Origin: Ginglymostoma cirratum
Lineage: Eukaryota
Direction: 5' to 3'
Assembly: GCA_024137785.1 (NCBI GenBank)
Contig: JAHRHZ010000268.1
Location: 62,001 to 126,000 of the forward strand
Length of the DNA stretch: 64,000 nucleotides
Shown here one piece after another: positions 43,470 through 57,693 of the stretch; the first letter of the stretch is position 1, and each line of letters opens with the position of its first letter. The translations under genes were made by a program, and so were the position numbers. Under the pieces are notes generated by a model. That model made no database searches, had not been told where the DNA came from, and worked only from the letters and a program-made list of their open reading frames with translations.

Positions 43470-43644
43470 TTTCCTCCCACAGTCCAAAGACGTGCAAGGT
43501 TAGGTGGATTGGCTGGGGAAAATGCAAGGTTACACGGATAGGGTAGGAGAGTGGGTCTGGGTGGGATGTTCCTTTGAGGGTCAGTGTGGACCTGATGGAC
43601 CAAATAGCTTGCTTCCTCTCTGTAGGAATTCTATGATTCTATGA
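43470..43644 (+). mobile_element. 5'-truncated HE1/V-SINE
   Basis: tttcctcccacagtccaaagacgtgc...ctgtaggaattctatgattctatga. Confidence 0.85.
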
Positions 43645-46600
43645 ACTTGCATGCATATATTACCTGTAAAATAGTAAGCACCCCAATGAAAAAGACAGTA
43701 AACAAAATTCAACATTAATCAACGAAGAGGTATTCGGAAAACCTTGGCCAGAAGTAGGTTACAAGGAGCATCCTAAAAGAAGAAACAATGGGGCACAGAA
43801 ATTCTAAGACCTAGGGCCCAGACAGCTGAAGGCATAGCTACCAGCAGTGGGGTAATGGTTGTGCCTGAAAAGCCTGGAAATAGAGACAGCCAAGGGAAAG
43901 GGGATTTGAAAACAAGGATGAGAATTTTAAAACCACACATTTGCTGATCAGCAGCCAGCATAGTTCAGCAGACAACAATGGTTGCGAAAGACCTGCTGCC
44001 AGTTCGGTCATGGACAGTAATTTGGATGAGCTGAAATTTAGAGGGGTGATAGATAGAAGGTCAGCCAGGAATGCAATAGAATAGTCAAGTCTGGATGTAA
44101 CAAAGACTTGGATGCAAGTTTCAGCAAAAGAGCTAAGGCAGCAGTGAAGCCTAACGATATTAGAGTGGAAGCAGGCGGCCTTGACGATGCAGCAAATATG
44201 GGTGAAAGCTCAATTTGGAGTCGAAGGGATGTTAGTATTGCAAATAGTCTAGTTGATGATCTTAGCCAATGACCAAGCAGAGGATTGGAACAATGATAGA
44301 TAGGGAATAGAGATGCAAGTAAGGACCAAGGACAGTCATTTTGGTCTTCCTGATAATCAGTTGAGAGGATACTTCTGCTCATTGGAACTTTATGGTGGAC
44401 CAACTGCATGACAAATTAGAAATAATGCAAGACGCGATAGAGATGTAGTGAAACAGAACAGCATCAGCAGTATACATGCGGAATTAGACATCCTTTATTT
44501 TCCCAGATAACATCACTTCTTGGCAGCATGTAGATGCGAAACAGCGGGTTGGGGGTGGGGGGGGAAGGTAAGGGTCCTGGAAGATCCCAACAATAAGTGT
44601 CAATGATCTTGTCAGAATAGGAATAATTGGAAGTATAGAAACAATGAGAGGTTGGTTGGGTGGGGGATCAAAGCAAAGAAAGTGTAGTAAGCAGATGTGT
44701 AATAAGGTGGAAAGTAGGAATAATTAAATGACAAAATGATGAGGCAAGACAAAGTGAGGGGGTGTAATGGCATAGAAATGAATGCGGGTCTGCAGGAACC
44801 GTAAATCTCAAAACGAATCACTGCACTCACTGCAAGAAAAATAGGGACGTTGATCAAAGGTTGCTTAAATTAGTGTTAAGTTTAGAAGGCTGTAAAGTTC
44901 CTCATCAAATGTTTTCATTAAGCTTTACTGGAATACATAGGAGAGAGAGGATAGAAGAGTTTTGTATTCATTTCATGCTTTTTTCGCAACCATCAGGTAT
45001 GTCTCAACATTTTACAGCCAAAGTACGTTTTAGGTGTAGTCGCTGCTGTAATGTAGAAAGTGTGGCAGCCAATTTGCACACAGCAAACTCCCATAAACAA
45101 AGTGATAAATGACCAGGTAATCTGCTTTTGTGATGTTGATAAATATTTGCCAGGACACCAGCTATTACACAGACTTCTCTTCAAAATAGTACCATGTGAT
45201 CTTTTACGCCTACCTTCAAGGGCAAACGGGGCCTCATTAATATTTCATCCAAAGATGACAGCACCAAGCATTCACTTGACTTTTGTGCCAAGTTCTGAAG
45301 TCGGTCTTGAACCCTCAACCTCAGAAGTGAGCATATTGCCAACTAAGCAATGCCTGACATTGAATAGGAACTGGACGAAGAATTTAAATGGCAAACAGCT
45401 ACAAACTCCAGTTCATCCTTGCTGGCTGATGGAGGTGCTTCATACTACAACCATCCAAACTGTATTTGGATACCCCATGTAGAAAATACCACATCATAAA
45501 TTGAAATAAACACAAATGAATAACTGTTTCACCTGGATGACGTGTTTGGGGTCCCAGAACAAGAGAAATGGTGAAAAGGGGAACTGTTGCAGTTCCTGTG
45601 CTTCCACATGAAAATCCACGGAAGAAAGTGAGCATTGCATCATGGAAGAGTGAACCAGAATGTTGGAGAAAGAACAGTTTCTTCAGTATGATGGAAGGGG
45701 CGATGATGGAAAAATTAGCTAGATTATGGCACGATGCTGGAGGCAACAGACAAAATCTCTTGAGGGGACCAGTAGAGTGCAAGATAAGGTCGAGGGATAC
45801 CCAAACAAAGTTCTACTACAATGATGAAAGACGTGCACCTTATAAACCTCGGTGAAGGGGATTTGTTGGCTGAGGACAAACACATTGCAGAAAGTGGTTT
45901 GAGTACAAATGCAACAAACAAATGCAATGAAGACATAGAGAATGGCAGTGAAACCTAGAAAATGGGACAGAAATGCAATCAAAATAGCTGTGAGCTTACA
46001 GTAGAGAGTAACACTCCATTTCCCCCCGAAGAGAAGAATTAGAGACGGATCATCTGAAGGCAAGAGAAGGATAAAATTTGCATGTAAAATTGATGACATT
46101 TTTCAAGAAACAGCACCAAAACAATTAATGTACCAGACAAAGTGGAGAAGGAGCAAACCAGAATAGGACTAATAAAATTTTATGCATACCATGAGAAACA
46201 GGCATTGCTCGTATCATACTAGTTATCATTGCAACACTTATTTGGCAGAAGCGAATTATGTCAAAGAGGGTTTTCAATGCACGTAGTAGCACACCCAGAC
46301 AGAGGAGGGTGGATGGCAGCTGACTGGGGCTCCATTCTGAGGGCCCACAACAGATGAAGATCACAGGGTGGGTGCCCATGAAGCTAGAGAGACTGAGAGG
46401 GCCAGGAAACTGGAAACTAGTATAAAGTACTGCAAGAGTCATGGATGCAGGTCAGAAGTCATTGCATAAGAAAGAAAAAAAAGACTGAAGATAAGAATCT
46501 GAGTCATTTATGATACAGAAGGAACATTTCCTTGATAACAATAAAAACAGAAATTGCTGAAAAGCAAGTCTCACAGCAGAGTTAATATTTTGGGTTCAGT

Positions 46601-47450
46601 GATCTGTCCTCAGAACATTTCCTTATGGTAGGAACTGACTGAAATAATGGGTCTGTCAGAGCAGTTCATTTTTGGTCTGTTGGATGGAGACAGAAGCTGG
46701 CCATAGTCTTCCCAACCCCAGACAAAGTCAGTGGTTAAACAAAAAGCTCCAGAAAAAGATCACTGAAAGTCTGGAATATTATTGATTAATGTATGGTGGT
46801 GCCACAAGGAGCATTCACACTCCATGAGAGTGTGGCAAGGTCACCCTTGTCAGGAAGTCTAATGACAGTATCAGCTTTGGACCTGTGAGGATGGAATGCA
46901 TTGGTTAAAGTGAGCAAAGGAAACAGAAAAATTCAAACAGCTATTAGCACATGGCAGTTGGCAATGAGATCACTGAGAGAGTATAGGTGGTTAAAGGTAA
47001 GAAGCAACCGCCAAAGAATTGCACAAGGAAAGAATGAAGTGTTCGCTTTTGTGTCAAGTTTGAAGTTAAATAAGATGGGGAATAATGATGAGGCCTTGTC
47101 TGAGAACTGATCGGTGCCAAGACAGCAGCAAAAACACTGGAAGGAAAGATGGAGGTCACTGGGAAAACTAAGGAGAACATGGATCCAGTCTTGGGTATCT
47201 AAAAGCAGTGAAGCTAAAGTAAAAACAAGATTTCCGCTAAAATATGAAGGGGAAAGAAAAAATGGAACTGTGGGTAACAACTCTGAAATAGACAGTCAGT
47301 GCTGTTCAAGAGGAAGGTTAGGGCATACAAGTAATGGTGTATGGCATTAAGTGTGAATCTTGGGAACTGGTGAAAATTGTAGGTTAGAGAAGGTTAAATC
47401 TGTTTTCGTAGTGTTAGTTGAGGGAGGAATATTGGGTTATGGTTAGGAAC
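43645..47450 (-). mobile_element. Long decayed L2-type LINE with nested inserts (Deu-SINE ~44960-45360, Penelope-type pieces ~44600-44950 and ~46540-46615)
   Basis: Minus-strand AETCIQVFVTSRLDYSIAFLADL (~44060-44125) and FKILILVFKS are L2 ORF2 C-terminal motifs; purine-rich plus strand. Confidence 0.75.
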
Positions 47451-48269
47451 AATGGGACAGTTCTCTACTCACTATCTGAATAGTATATGGGATCTTTGCA
47501 CTTTGAAAATAAGTCTTGCAGCACCAAAGCCAGACTCCAAATTAACAAATGGCTTGATTCACCATTTGAAAAAAATTAATTTACATCATGCTGTTCATAA
47601 CCATGTGATGGCCCAAAGCACTTTATAGCTCATGTCTCAGGAAGCTGAATTCTGTGCACCTCTTTCATGGATGCATACATTTAGATATTTTAGCTAGATT
47701 GTCGATCAATTCTTTTTAACAAGGTGCACAGCAAAATACAAGTCTCACAGTAGCAACGATATTCTTATCGGATAGTTTGATTTGTGACTTGGTAAACCAT
47801 CACATACTTCTGGAATTCCCCAACTATCACTGACTTTCCTTTATCCATATAGTCACCAGCTCAACCAAATTTCCGAGCCGACTGTCTCCAGCCACCCACT
47901 CCCACAAACTCACTTATATTCCTGAAGTCTGCCAATTCCTGCAAATGCAAATTCTTTTGCATTTACATACTTAATACATATCAAAAAGAATCCTGCTTTT
48001 CAAATTTTTTTTTGAAAACATCACAGAAGATGAAATACTATAACCTCTTATGCTCAATTCAATTAGTTTCTTAGGGATAAGTTTAGAGATTGAATAATAA
48101 ATACAAATGAACACAGGCATATTCAAGTCACTACGCTGAAAACAATTACACAATCTGACATTCTTACAGATATACACGATGCTTAACTTGATTACAAAGG
48201 AAAGCCTAAAACACTAGTGATACAGGTCACAGGGGTGCACTGCATATTTAAGTTTTTCTTCTGAAGGAT

Positions 48270-50190
48270 TTTGCCTCTCGTTGTCATTTGTTGCTATTCC
48301 CACTTGTTCTTGAGGTGACGAAACGCCCACTTCTTGGACTGCTGCAGCCCATGATGGTGTAGATACTGCCTCTCGAAAGGCAGCTCCAGGACCTTAACCT
48401 AGAGAACAGACAATATATTTCCACCTCGAGCGTGCGCGACTTGGTGTTTCAACAGCCAGGTGCCCTTGCCCTTCTCAGTGATAATGGTCAAAAATCACAC
48501 AACACCAGGTGATAGTCCAACAGGTTCATCTGAGGACACAAGCTTTCAGTCTCGCTTCTTCTTCAGGTGACACCTGAAGAAGCGATACTCCGAAAGCTTG
48601 TGTCTTCAAATAAACCTGTTGGACCATAACCTGGTGTCTTGCGATTTTTGACCTTGTCCAGTCCAATCCAACACCGGCACCTCCACATCAGTGATAAAGG
48701 TCAGGGGTTTGAGAGGTACTGTTGAAGGAGCCTGGGACAGTTGTTGCAGTGTATCTTGTGGGTGCTACACATTGGCGGTAAGGTGCAATGGTGGTGGAAG
48801 CAATGAATGTTTGAATTGGTGGATAAGGTGTCAAAGAGGCTGTTTTGTACTGGATAGGTCATGTTTCTTAATGGAGTTGCAGCTGCCTAAATACAGACAA
48901 CTGACATGTATTCAATTGTATTCCCAGCTTCTACCTTGTAGATGTAAATTGGTATAGGCTTTGGGAGTCAGGAGTCACTTCTGAATACTTATTTCTTTAT
49001 CTGCTCTTGCAGACAGAGTATTTATACAGCTAGCCCAATTAAGTGACACCCACCCCAGCATGCTATTGATGAGAGATTCCATGATAATACTGCCACTGAA
49101 TGACAAGCAGAGTTAAACTCTACTTTCTTGGAGATGGTCAATGTCTGCTGCTTGGTGACATGAATGTTACTTCCCATTTAACATCCAAGTTTGAATGCTA
49201 TCCAAGTGTTTCTGAAGACCGATCGTTTCAGTCATTGGAGGGGTTGTCAATTCTACAGAACATTGCAATCAAAGCGCATCCTCATTTCTCAATTCATGGT
49301 GGAGGGAGGATCACTGATGAAGCCAGTGAAATGAGTTCAGAACGGCCTTGAGGAATACCTCCAGTGATGCTCTAGGATTGAGATAACTGTCAAGAACAAT
49401 TACAACTTTCCATTCTGCTGGTAATGATTACCACCTTTTGTGAGTTCTTCCCATGCATACTGATCCCCAAAGACCTGAATTATAATACAGTTCCTTGATG
49501 CTGTACTTATTCAAATGCTATACTAACATCAAGGGCAGTCAAACTTGGTCTTCCTCTGGAATGTTGCTACTTCGTCCATGTTTGGAATAAAGTCACGATG
49601 AGGCATGCAGCAGTGTTATTTGCCCCTGATGAACCCAAATGGAACAGAATATTAGTGAATAAGTGTCACTTTGTAGAACTGTCCATAGTCCCTTCCATCA
49701 TTCTGCTGGAAGAGTTCATTGGTAGAGCATTAATTGGCCAGATTAGTTTAGCACTGAGAGTGTAGACAGGAAATAATTTGGTAATTTTCCACTTTGTCAG
49801 CCAATGTTACTATTCCAATATTGGAACATCTTGATTAGGAGCACAGACAGTTCTGGAGAATAAGGTTTCATTGCCATAACTGAGAATATTGCCCTATCTC
49901 AGTCCTTCCTATATCCAAAACAATTAGCTGTTTCTTGATATCATAGGGAGAAAAACAAATTGGCTGCAGGCCAGTACTTGAGCGGGTAGGTCCTCAAAGG
50001 TGGTAGAGATGGATCATCCTCTTGGTGGTTCTAACTGAAGATGGCTACATTCACCAGCTATGTTCATTGTACTCACTGCTCTGCCATCATTGAGTATGGA
50101 GATGTTCAGGGGCCTCCTCCTCCCAGTCATTTAGTTGTCCAATATCATTCATGACTGACTGTGGAAGGACTAACCAGCTCTGATCCGATT
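48270..50190 (-). mobile_element. Decayed LINE, same family as 9640-12290, antisense; interrupted by a palindromic element
   Basis: Collinear with 34145-36490 (cttcttggactgctgcagccc...ggcagctccaggacc...ggctttgggagtcaggag). Confidence 0.7.
48486..48690. repeat. Palindromic Penelope-derived element (168-bp hairpin, 48486-48653) with head-to-head hammerhead-like motifs
   Basis: ggtcaaaaatcacacaacaccagg...caggtg a cacctg...cctggtgtcttgcgatttttgacc. Confidence 0.8.
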
Positions 50191-53100
50191 GTTCCCCTTT
50201 ATTTTTAGCAATTCAAAAGATGAAACTGCTAAAAAGGGCGATTTGAAGCCATGAAACTAACAACCAGAAACTGTAACAGGAAAAATGGTTGAAGTGGTAT
50301 TTTTCAGGGTGAGAGCAAACGGTCTAAATGACTTTGTTCAAAAGTTTTTCTCCTCCACAAACTTTAACCTATTTGCTGTTTAACTAAGAACATGACGTAC
50401 ATTTGAATTGGGGAATCAGACAAAACACTGAAAATAAAAGAACCAAGAGTAGCATCTGCACTTTTGTTTCACTGCTTTTCAGACTGTATCTGATTGAGAT
50501 TAGAGATTTTGGTTGCAAACTAAACAGCAGCTACCTGGATGGATGCTGGTGAATCTATTCTTAACTTCTCACCACACCCTAACCTGAAAAGGGCAGACAC
50601 TGGACAAATCTTTACAAGTAAAAATTAATGTTCATGGGGGGTGATGCACGATTTACCTTTGTTGTTTCTAAGTATTCATGATTGCAGTGGGTAGTTGTTG
50701 TTACGTATTTTAATTATGTCCTTCTGTTAGTTTGAATGAACCAAAAAACTTGGGTCAGAAACTGAAAACATTGAGAAGACGACTTCTTCCAAAATTCCAG
50801 TACGTGGTCACGAATCCTTGGCTCCAATCCCTCATTGGGTTTTGTGAAGAATTCAAAATGCGTTGCCAGCACTGAGTGTTATGAGCACGCAAGAAAACAG
50901 AACTTGCTAAAGACGTTCTAAAATAACTGCATAAAATTTACTGCAACTCCATGAACACTTTCAATACTCTAGCTACATTACGTTATTGCTGATAAAGTTC
51001 ATATTTTATTTTGTTTTGTGAAAACATCACATCATAATTATCACATCAGTTCTAAAATTAACTTTTTAGTTTGAGTACCATCAATTATAGAATCATGCAG
51101 TGTAGGAGGAAGCCTTTAGGCCATCATGTCTATACCAGGTCTTTGTAAGAGTTACCCATAACTTCCATTTCCCTCTGGTTTGCCTTCAGCCCTGCAAGTC
51201 CTCAGGTCTTTTGCATGGGTAGACCCAGGAAAAGTGCAGGGTGCAGAGAAAAGGCTTCAAGTTTAGAAACAGCAATATCAACATCCTATCTGAATGAAGC
51301 ACTGTGAACCCAACAATGTCAGCCTTCCTTCAAAGTGACGCTCATTTAATGGATAGGTGGCAGCCTTAATTTCCATTCAAAAAGCTCTTCCGTGCACATG
51401 GCTTGCAGTGAATTGTTGAATCCTGGCAATTGCAGTTTGACAGCCAAGAGAACTTATTCATTTTGTTAACAGAATGATAGCTCTTGAATGCCTAGGAATT
51501 CATGTCCAAGCCTCTAGCAGACAGACCGCCAACATAAAACACTGGTGGAAACATTTCAGGCACATTAAGTACATACGTATTTACACTTTAATGTTCCTGT
51601 GATTTGGTTTTATAAATAGCAACTTTTGCTTCAGTCACAAATCCTTACTTAGTGAGCATGGTTAATGGGGGAAAATTTCTCAAAGCATTAATTTTATTGG
51701 TTCTCTCTTTTGAAGCAGATGTTTGCTGACCAACAATTCTTCACTGATCAGTTGATTTTAAATCTGCCAGATACTTCATTAATACAGTCAGTGCTTGGTC
51801 ATACATGATTTGTTATTTTACAGTTTTTACAATTATTTGCAGTATACTTGCACGTTAATTAACATTTCAGATGACCAATGCTAGACGTACTCTTGAAAAA
51901 TAACGTCTGCTTCATTTTAACATTTTTCTAAAAAAAACTGCACTTATACAGTGCCTAATATCAATACAACGTCTCAAACTACTTCATATAATGAATGATA
52001 TTTTGAACAGAGAATGAGGAACTCTAAACAAATTATAGCAGTAATACCATGTAGTAACATCTCAGTTAATCCTAATTGATAATGTGTCAATATGCTTGTT
52101 TCTTCCCAACACTGGTTGGATGATGGGAGGAATGCTGATTAGGTCACCATAAATTCCCAGCTCTTCTTTCAACTATGTCACTGCATTTTTGACTGCAAAT
52201 AAAGATGTAGATGATACTTCAAATTAATCTCGTCCAAGTGTCATCTCCTCGCACAGTGCAGCGCTTCAAAGTACTGCTCTTGACATTAAGCTCAAATCAA
52301 GGACTCCTTGGGTTGAACGTAAAACCATATAGTGGAACCGCAGGCAAAATGTTACAAGTGCAACCAATCTGGCAGTCTACTAATTAACTGCTGTGATTGT
52401 GAAACCGTGTATTGAATTGCGGTTAAAATAATTTACAACCTTTAGGAAAAGACCCTGTTATTCTTAAAGGAAGTATGATATCCAGGTAGCAAAGGATAAG
52501 GTTTGGTTATAAGAGATGTCAGAAACCTGTCAAGGAAAGAAGTCATTGTCCAAGAAACTCAAAATTGCAACAACCAGTGGCAGTGTGATGTCCAAACTGA
52601 TTCGAGGAAACTGAAACCAAAAAAGTATTGCCAGAGGAGAAAAGTGTTGAATTGGGCAAACTGGTCAGGAACAAATTGATGAGGAAACTGGTTCAAAATT
52701 GCTTTCATTGGTAAAGGTCTCAAACTAAACTTTCGGCTTGTTTGTTTTAAACACACACAGACTTGCTGCTCATAGCAACACAAAATATTGGATATCAATT
52801 AGACTTTGTTCTTCCTGCCTAAACTTAGAAAATTTATGTAACCCTTAGCTCCCCTGTAAGTGATCCACAGCTGTCAGAAGCAATGTTTTTTTGCGTCTAC
52901 TGTGATGCTACCACTACACGAGCTCACACTGATCCTGGTTGCTGACAGGGCAAGGAAGAAACACAAATTACAGCGGAGTGCTAATGTTAATCCCCTATAA
53001 CGTTTGTTTTATTGGTGTGTAAAAACAGCAACAGTTAACTGCTTGCGTTTGTTGTTAAAGATGAAAATCACTTCTGTATAGGAGACTGAAGCATTTCAGA

Positions 53101-53998
53101 TAAAATATTACAAATAGAACTTGTTTTCAAAGAACTGCAATTGAAGCAGATGCAGGCCCAAGAAGAAGAGCTTTTAATATGTAGTAGAGAAAATGGCCAA
53201 AATGTAACTTTCTCTCATTGCTTCCATAGCTACCTGCAAACTATCCACTTCAGTTATCAAAGGAACCAGGATACAGATTCCTTTCAAAATACCAACAGAT
53301 TTCAGATGCAGCAGTGCTTGGGAACCTTCACAATCCTGTGTGGCAAATACTTCAAACTTCATTTCCAGACAGGCAGGGGCACAATATCACAATTCCCCAA
53401 AGGCACTGACTGGGCAATTTTGTACAATGCTTTGAATCACAAATTGCATCTGATCAGCTGACTAACCTGGGTTGTGTCAAGCCCATGAACAGGGTGATAC
53501 TGTTGCTTGTTTTTACAACCTGTATTAACCATAAATCTGTGTAGTTCACTCTGCAACTACAAGCAGCCCGGTTTCCCATCATATTAGTGAATTATTGTAC
53601 GGTACGTATATAGCAAAGCAAAGCAAAATAGGGTTGTGTCTTGATTACGCTATAGACCTCAAAAGCACTGCAGTGCACGTATAATGAAAAAATGTTTGCA
53701 ACCAAGCATCCCCAGATGCAAAATATACTCAATTCACGTACACAACAGTATTAGTTTATTAGGCCATTTACTGAGTGGTATGACGCCATTTATAGAAGTT
53801 GTGTATCTGCCACCTTAAAGAAAAGAGAATGCGAGAGTGGAAGAGTGACACGAGACATTCCTCAGTGCATTTCACACTAAGTGTGTCAGAAATTAGAGTA
53901 AGAATCAGCGAAACGGTTCCAAAACTTCAGTCACCATGGAGTGCAGCACATTCCACCACAAGCCCATTCTCAACCAGTCTCCCTGTTTCTCATCTCAC

Positions 53999-54202
53999 CT
54001 CTAAGAACTTAATAACAGATGGATTATAATCGATCGTCTTCCGGTTCACAGCCTTTCTCATTCGCTTGCCATCAAAAGTCAGCTGCTGCATGGCTTGCTG
54101 TTGAGCAAAATCTGGCCGCTTGTAAAAGGTGTGCCTTGGTCCCTGGTGCTGGAACCTCGGCATATGAAAAAACCGAGGTGGTGAGGTTATTTCCAAAGCC
54201 AT
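53999..54202 (-). CDS. WDR33: WDR33 first coding exon (exon 2), aa 1-68 [20 protein letters not shown]...[11 protein letters not shown]
   Basis: Near-identity to the recalled human WDR33 N-terminus; ATG at 54202 in strong context (ATCACCATGG); acceptor ttttacag at 54227 leaves 24 nt of 5'UTR (54203-54226); donor GAG|gtgaga; 204 coding nt. Confidence 0.98.
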
Positions 54203-56559
54203 GGTGATAAAATTCTTCTAAGAAACCTGTAAAATAAATCCATATGAAAAGTTCAGTTGAAAGTTTTGACTGCGACGTACAAACATTTTTACACAATTTC
54301 CACCTTGATCAGTTCCCTTCTCAATCCAGTAACTACAAACTGGTGCCTTCTGAGAACATTTTTCCACTTCATACAGATACGTTCAGTCGGAGAACAAAAT
54401 CTCTGACGCCACACATAAAACCAACTGCACAACTCAAAACTGAACATTGCAGCCAGCCCTCTAGAAGAAACAATTACTGAGCCACATGAGATTTGGAATG
54501 GACATCAAAAGGTTTTTACTCAATAGTCTACAGGAGTTGACATTTATAAATAAAACTCAAATATCTATTAAGAACTTTCTTTCAATGCTCTGCAACAACC
54601 TTCAACACCACGTCAATAGAAAACTCCAAACATGTGACAGGCAAATATTGCTCCTTTTAAGTCACATTCTTCTAACCCTATAGTGTGGCTGTGGTTTTGA
54701 TATGCATATTTATCAGGGTCAGTTTAAAAACAAAAATCACAGTAACATCACTGAAAAAATCAGGCTCCAATTGGAACAGCCCTACAAATTTAAAACATCT
54801 CCCATAACACCCATTTATATTGAAAACTGCCAATGAAAACTTGTCAAGCCCTTCCTACACTCAAAAAAGGAATATGGAAATTTAAAGCACTTTAAGTAGA
54901 CACCTGAAATATATGACCGAGAAATAGGACCAAAAGAGTCTGCATTTCTTGATCAAATTACCCTCAGTTCTTGGACTTCACCGGAAGACTACACTGTCTT
55001 GGCAAACCAGGTGCAAACTTGAGAGGAACTTGCGGGTGAAAATAAAAGCAACACCTTTTTTCCCCCCACAAACAGACCACAATTATTTTACATACTTAGT
55101 AAATTGGGTTGATATTAAAGTTTATACCAAATTTTTGCCCCAGTTTTACAAATTCAACCTATCCAAACATCTTGGGTGCAACTTTCAAAATGTCAGATTA
55201 CACAGCAACCAGAAATATAACTACATATAAGCAAGATTGAATGGTTCTATATGTTTAAACAACTCTCATTAAATCATACAATCAGAGCATTTAGCCTAAT
55301 GCTAGGCATCCCACAAATCTGAGGTTCACCCATACAAATGAAAACCAACAAATCATGAGCTCAAAATGATGAGACATGCCGGACATGTTGGTTGATTGCT
55401 TCACATTGCTGTTTGTGCTGTTAAAGCATTTTACGCACATACAGAAAATAACTTAATTCTTGCTGTGCTGTAATGGGTTCCCAGTAGCTTCAAATAGAGT
55501 TGAGACTCGCAGTTTTGCAGGATGTGGGGAGAGCTGAGATTTCTGAAAGCAGCTCTTTTGGAGTCCTGTAATTTAAGGAATGAATAATACGGCAAGCCAT
55601 TATCAGGTTTCTTGGATCAAACGCCATCAGTCGCATAACAGGCTGTGAAATGTCAGTGCCCCTGAACAGCAAACCTCCTTCAAGAGAGCAAACCTTTACA
55701 CACTTGGTGAGCCACAAATGATGCTACTGACTAAGGAATGGATCCTCTACAGATTTAGTAGGGAAGTAATCACCTTAAACTCCATAAATGACAAGACTAT
55801 TGTTTGGCCTTGGAGATTAGCTTTCACTAAATAAAGTATAAAAAATTATGCTCTTGCCTTGTAATCCTACATGTATGGAACTATAGAGAAAGCCAATTTA
55901 TAAGTAAACCCACAATCTTATTATAGCATGCATTATAACTGAGCTAAAGTTAAACTGCACAACTGGCCTTACACAAATTGAAAACACAAAAGGCAACTGT
56001 ATGTTGTTACAAGTTGATTTGTTTTGCCACTATCACCAAATATGTCACTTCATAGCTGAATCACAGGTTCACTGGCTAAAATGTTCAAATTGTGTCGGTA
56101 CTTTCCACTTGGCCTTCTCCTGACTGTGCTGCTGCTCCTTCTTCAATTGGCAACATAGGGCTCCCTTCCACACTTCTCAAGAGAGAAGTTTATTGCACCA
56201 TTTAAATGATGAACTGCTTCTGGCCTGAAGCCTCATCTTCTGCCTCTACAATGCTCAATCCAAATTGCTAATGTTGAAAACTTCAGACTGTACAAACTAT
56301 CTGACCTGATATAAAGACGCACAAACTAGTGACTTAAAGGCCTTGGCATACAAAAACAAATAGGTAATGTCAAAAAATGACAGACTTCATTACAGTAACA
56401 AGTAAACAGAACAATATCAAATGTGACAAAGCCTCTAAATGACACTGCATAACTAGACAAAGACACTCAATGGGATGCAATACTTTCTCACACTTATGCA
56501 GTTATGTTTTAACCAACTTGCTGTAATTTCTCATGTTCCTACTTAAAAACAAATGATAG

Positions 56560-56942
56560 GCCCCACTGCCAGAGTAGAAAGTCGGAGCTTCAATTCTCAC
56601 TTGAGATTTGAGCACATAACGTTGGATGAAACTTCAATGCAATACTGAGTGTGCTATATTATCAAAGATGCCACTTTTCAGATGAGGCCGAGGCCTCACC
56701 AACCTCTTAAATGGATGTCTGGTTCTTGTGGCACTATCAAAAGACAATTTCTAACCAATATTGATTGGTCAATCTGCACAACACAATAAATTCCTCTCAC
56801 TCCTGTTTGTGCTCTGTCCAAACTAGCTGCAGCATTTTTCAATGTTACAACAGTGATTATAACTGAAAAGCACCATCAGCTGTGATATGGTTTGAGATTG
56901 AGGTTGTAAAAGGCACTTTACAAATGTAATACCTTCTTTTTC
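56560..56942 (+). mobile_element. Deu-domain SINE, decayed
   Basis: acttcaatgcaatactgag...gatgccacttttcagatgagg...gttgtaaaaggcactttacaaatgtaataccttctttt; a further antisense copy is likely at ~51940-52370. Confidence 0.65.
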
Positions 56943-57178
56943 CTAAAAAAACTCCTGCAAAGTGCCCACGAGAGAATAGCCATTCAACTATTTCTCAGGC
57001 CATGATGTGAACACCACATGTAAATGATGCAAAACAATCTTTATCAGCTTCAGACTTTTACATAAAAACCACAATATTTTGTCATTATCTTTTGCTAAGA
57101 TTATACATTCACAATCCACACAATGTATGCATTTTCAATATTTAGTTTAAACCTGGTTCAATTAATTACTACAATACA

Positions 57179-57693
57179 GTACAGTTCTGGTCGCCCCATT
57201 ACAGGAAGGATGTGGAAGCATTGGAAAAGGTGCAGAGGAGATTTACCACGATGTTGCCTGGTCTGGAGCGAAGGTCTTATGAGGAAAGACTGAGGGACTT
57301 GGGTCTGTTCTCATTGGAGAGAAGGCAGCTAAGAGGGGATTTAATAGAGACCTACAAAATGATCAGAGGATAAGATAGGGTGGACAGTGAGAGTCTTTTT
57401 CCTAGGATGATGACGTCGGCTAGTACGAGGGGGCATAGCTGCAAATTGAGGGGTGATAGATTTAAGACAGATGTCAGAGGCAGGTTCTTTACTCAGAGAG
57501 TGGTAAGGGCGTGGAATGCCCTGCTTGCCAATGTAGTTAACTCAGCCACGTTAGGGGCATTTAAACAGTCCTTGGATAAGCATATGGATGATGATGGGAT
57601 AGTGTAGGGGGATGGGCTTAGATTAGTTCACAGGTCGGCGCAACATCGAGGGCCGAAGGGCCTGTTCTGCGCTGTTTTGTTCTATATTCTATG
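57179..57693 (+). mobile_element. Young CR1 LINE 3' end
   Basis: Peptide QFWSPHYRKDVEALEKVQRRFT..LPGL...YEERL..LGLFSLE...FFTQRVVRAWNAL; tail gggccgaagggcctgttctgcgctg...ttctatattctatg. Confidence 0.95.

Noticed and set aside
44038-47350. Numerous 70-140 aa ORFs on both strands
   Set aside because: Fragments or antisense frames of a decayed L2 LINE and nested SINE
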